Shown in pieces: positions 61,887 through 64,000 of a stretch of DNA of 64,000 nt. The position numbers and the translations under genes were made by a program. Position 1 is the first letter of the stretch; each line of letters starts with the position of its first letter. The notes under the pieces are model-generated. The model was given only the letters and a program-made list of their open reading frames with translations, ran no database searches and had not been told where the DNA came from. Source of the DNA: Takakia lepidozioides (taxonomy: Eukaryota > Plantae > Bryophyta); assembly GCA_030704615.1 (NCBI GenBank), contig CM060734.1:53010001-53074000 (forward strand). The letters are read 5' to 3'.

Positions 61887-63116
61887 CTATGGATGATTAG
61901 TAACGTAATAAACCTCATTACCATAACCAGTACTTGCACATGTCACAGCTTGTGGAGGAGGCACAACGGGAACGCCACCGCTGGGATATCTTGGAAAGCC
62001 ACCAATGGGAAATCCTAGACCACCGCCGCCGGGAAACAAACCTACGCCACTGGGATGTCCTGGAAAGCCACCATTGGGAAATCCCGTACCGCCGCCGCCG
62101 CCGGGGAACAAATTGGGATAACCTCCGAAATGTCCAAAACTTCCAAACGGATGAGGATGGCCTAGGAATGGATGTTTAGCGTCGAAGTACTTCATATTAC
62201 CATACCCGCTTGCCGATGCCATAGCTTCTAGAGGAGGCACACCGGGAAATCCTGGAAAACCACCACTGGGATATCCTCCAAAGCCACCAAGGGGATGTCC
62301 TGGAAAGCCGCCACTGGGATATCCTGGGAAGCCACCACTAGGAAATCCTGGACTGCTGCCGCCGGGAAACAAACCGGGATCACCTCCGAAATGTCCAATA
62401 CTTCCTCCTCCGACACTGGGATGTCCTGGAAAGCCACCACTGGGATATCCTGGAAAGCCACCAATGGGATGTCCTGGAAAGCCAACACTCGGATATCCTG
62501 GAAAGCCACCACTGGGAAATCCTCGACTACCGCCGCCGGGAAACAAACCGGGATCACCTCCGAAATGACCAATACTTCCTCCCCCGCCACTGGGATATCC
62601 TGGGAAGCCACCACTGGGATATCCTGGAAGGCCACCACTGGGATATCCTGGGAAGCCACCACTGGGATATCCTGGAAGGCCACCACTGGGATATCCTGGG
62701 AAGCCACCACTGGGATATCCTGGAAGGCCATCACTGGGAAATCCTGGACCGAGGCCGCCGATATTGGGATAATCTCCGACATGTCCAAATCTTCCATGAC
62801 TTTTTTCACTACTATTGAGGTTATTGCCAATACCTCCATCAGGAATTCCTTCATCGCTTGGATTTCTACTCTGAGAACCATCACCATCGGGCCCTAGAGG
62901 ACTTCCTAGGGCTCCAAGATCATGACCAACAGAAGGCCCAAAACTACTCAAATGACTAGGATCACTAGCTTTGTTGTTGAGGTCCAAATCACCTAGCACA
63001 ACACCCTCTGAATCATGCTTGTTCCCAACACCTTCACTTGCAGCTTGCACACTCCCTATTAACAAAATCAGAAACAAGAGGGAAGGCACCATACAAATTT
63101 GTTGCACGGTCTTCAT
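61887..63116 (-). CDS. Gly/Pro-rich gene copy 5 (409 aa)
   Basis: Intact ORF with the most octapeptide repeats. Confidence 0.85.
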   Translation of the reverse strand: MKTVQQICMVPSLLFLILLIGSVQAASEGVGNKHDSEGVVLGDLDLNNKASDPSHLSSFGPSVGHDLGALGSPLGPDGDGSQSRNPSDEGIPDGGIGNNLNSSEKSHGRFGHVGDYPNIGGLGPGFPSDGLPGYPSGGFPGYPSGGLPGYPSGGFPGYPSGGLPGYPSGGFPGYPSGGGGSIGHFGGDPGLFPGGGSRGFPSGGFPGYPSVGFPGHPIGGFPGYPSGGFPGHPSVGGGSIGHFGGDPGLFPGGSSPGFPSGGFPGYPSGGFPGHPLGGFGGYPSGGFPGFPGVPPLEAMASASGYGNMKYFDAKHPFLGHPHPFGSFGHFGGYPNLFPGGGGGTGFPNGGFPGHPSGVGLFPGGGGLGFPIGGFPRYPSGGVPVVPPPQAVTCASTGYGNEVYYVTNHP

Positions 63117-63409
63117 TGCAAGCAATCAATCCTTTAGCTGGACCTAAACCTCTTCCTCTCTTCCCAACTCTATAGCAAGATCACGCAGACGCACACACAA
63201 GTTGTTGGTAAGCCGCTCCAAAGACTTAGTTTATATAGTGATTGAAGGCCAAGGCCTTGAGCAGCATACTGATAAACATAGCTGCTGTTGGGCACTATAG
63301 TAGTGTCCATAGATTTTTCTTTTCTTAAAAAAAGAAAAAAGAAAAGTGTCTTCGGACTCAGTTTTCTTGTTTTTCTCTTTTCTTTTCTTTTCTTTTCTCC
63401 AAATTTAGA

Positions 63410-64000
63410 TATGATGTCACCATGGACCTCTCTGCCCTTTTCCAGGGCTCCTAGGCTGGAACATGCATTGAGAACACAAATGAAAGTGACCTTGTTGGGC
63501 TTCACCCCCTCCTGTTGCATCTGCTCGTAGATCTGGACAGCCTCCCTACCACACCCATGTTGGGCATATCCTGCTATCATCACACTCCATGAGACCACAT
63601 TTCGTTTAGCCATACTGTCAAATACTTGTTGCGCATCCCTCATGCTCCCGCATTTGGCGTACATGTCAACAAGGACAGTCTCCAAATTTATATATGGTGC
63701 AATTCCAACTTTAATAATGTCACCATGGACGACTTTCCCCATTTCCAAGGCTCCTAGGCTGGCAAAAGCATTGATAACACAAACGAAATGTGACCCTGTC
63801 GGGCTTCACACCTTGTTGTTGCATTTGTTCATAGATATTGAAAGCCTCCCTGCCACAACCGTGTTGAGCATATCCTGTTATCCTGGCATTCCATGATACC
63901 ACATCTGGTTTGGCCATATTGTCAAATACGTGATGGGCATCCCTCATGCTTCCACATTGGCATCCATGTCCACAAGGCTATTCTCCAAGTTTACATAGGA
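63410..64000 (-). pseudogene. PPR pseudogene C, further copy (runs off the window)
   Basis: ORF fragments 63170-63748 and 63720-63947. Confidence 0.9.

Overview
Eukaryotic, repeat-rich genomic DNA, most likely from a non-seed land plant (inferred from moss/fern-style PLS-class PPR repeats and spliceosomal introns). The backbone is a few host blocks (decayed PPR genes plus a secreted Gly/Pro-rich protein gene) duplicated 3-5 times in direct and inverted orientation, with a 500-N gap at 42282-42781. Three kinds of mobile or foreign DNA sit in this backbone. (1) A Ty3/Gypsy element on the minus strand (1-7438) with a ~2.2-kb LTR and tRNA-iMet PBS. (2) A very young 12.2-kb Gypsy-type element (21585-33795) with domain order Gag-PR-C5 DNA methyltransferase-RT-RNaseH-integrase-PHD finger. 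It has captured host-gene fragments, an apparent self-priming PBS and circularly permuted ends (A...B-GC-A-B), as if a 2-LTR circle integrated through an internal palindrome. (3) Two related islands (about 17.3-20.9 kb and 47.1-54.2 kb) that share a palindromic GGAAAT-CGGYRCCG-TTTCC motif and an unrecognised ~190-aa protein family. The second island also carries a 9-exon gene combining a ParB-like DGNHR motif with a bacterial-type beta-class N6A/N4C methyltransferase-like domain. All assignments come from motif reading by eye; no searches were run.
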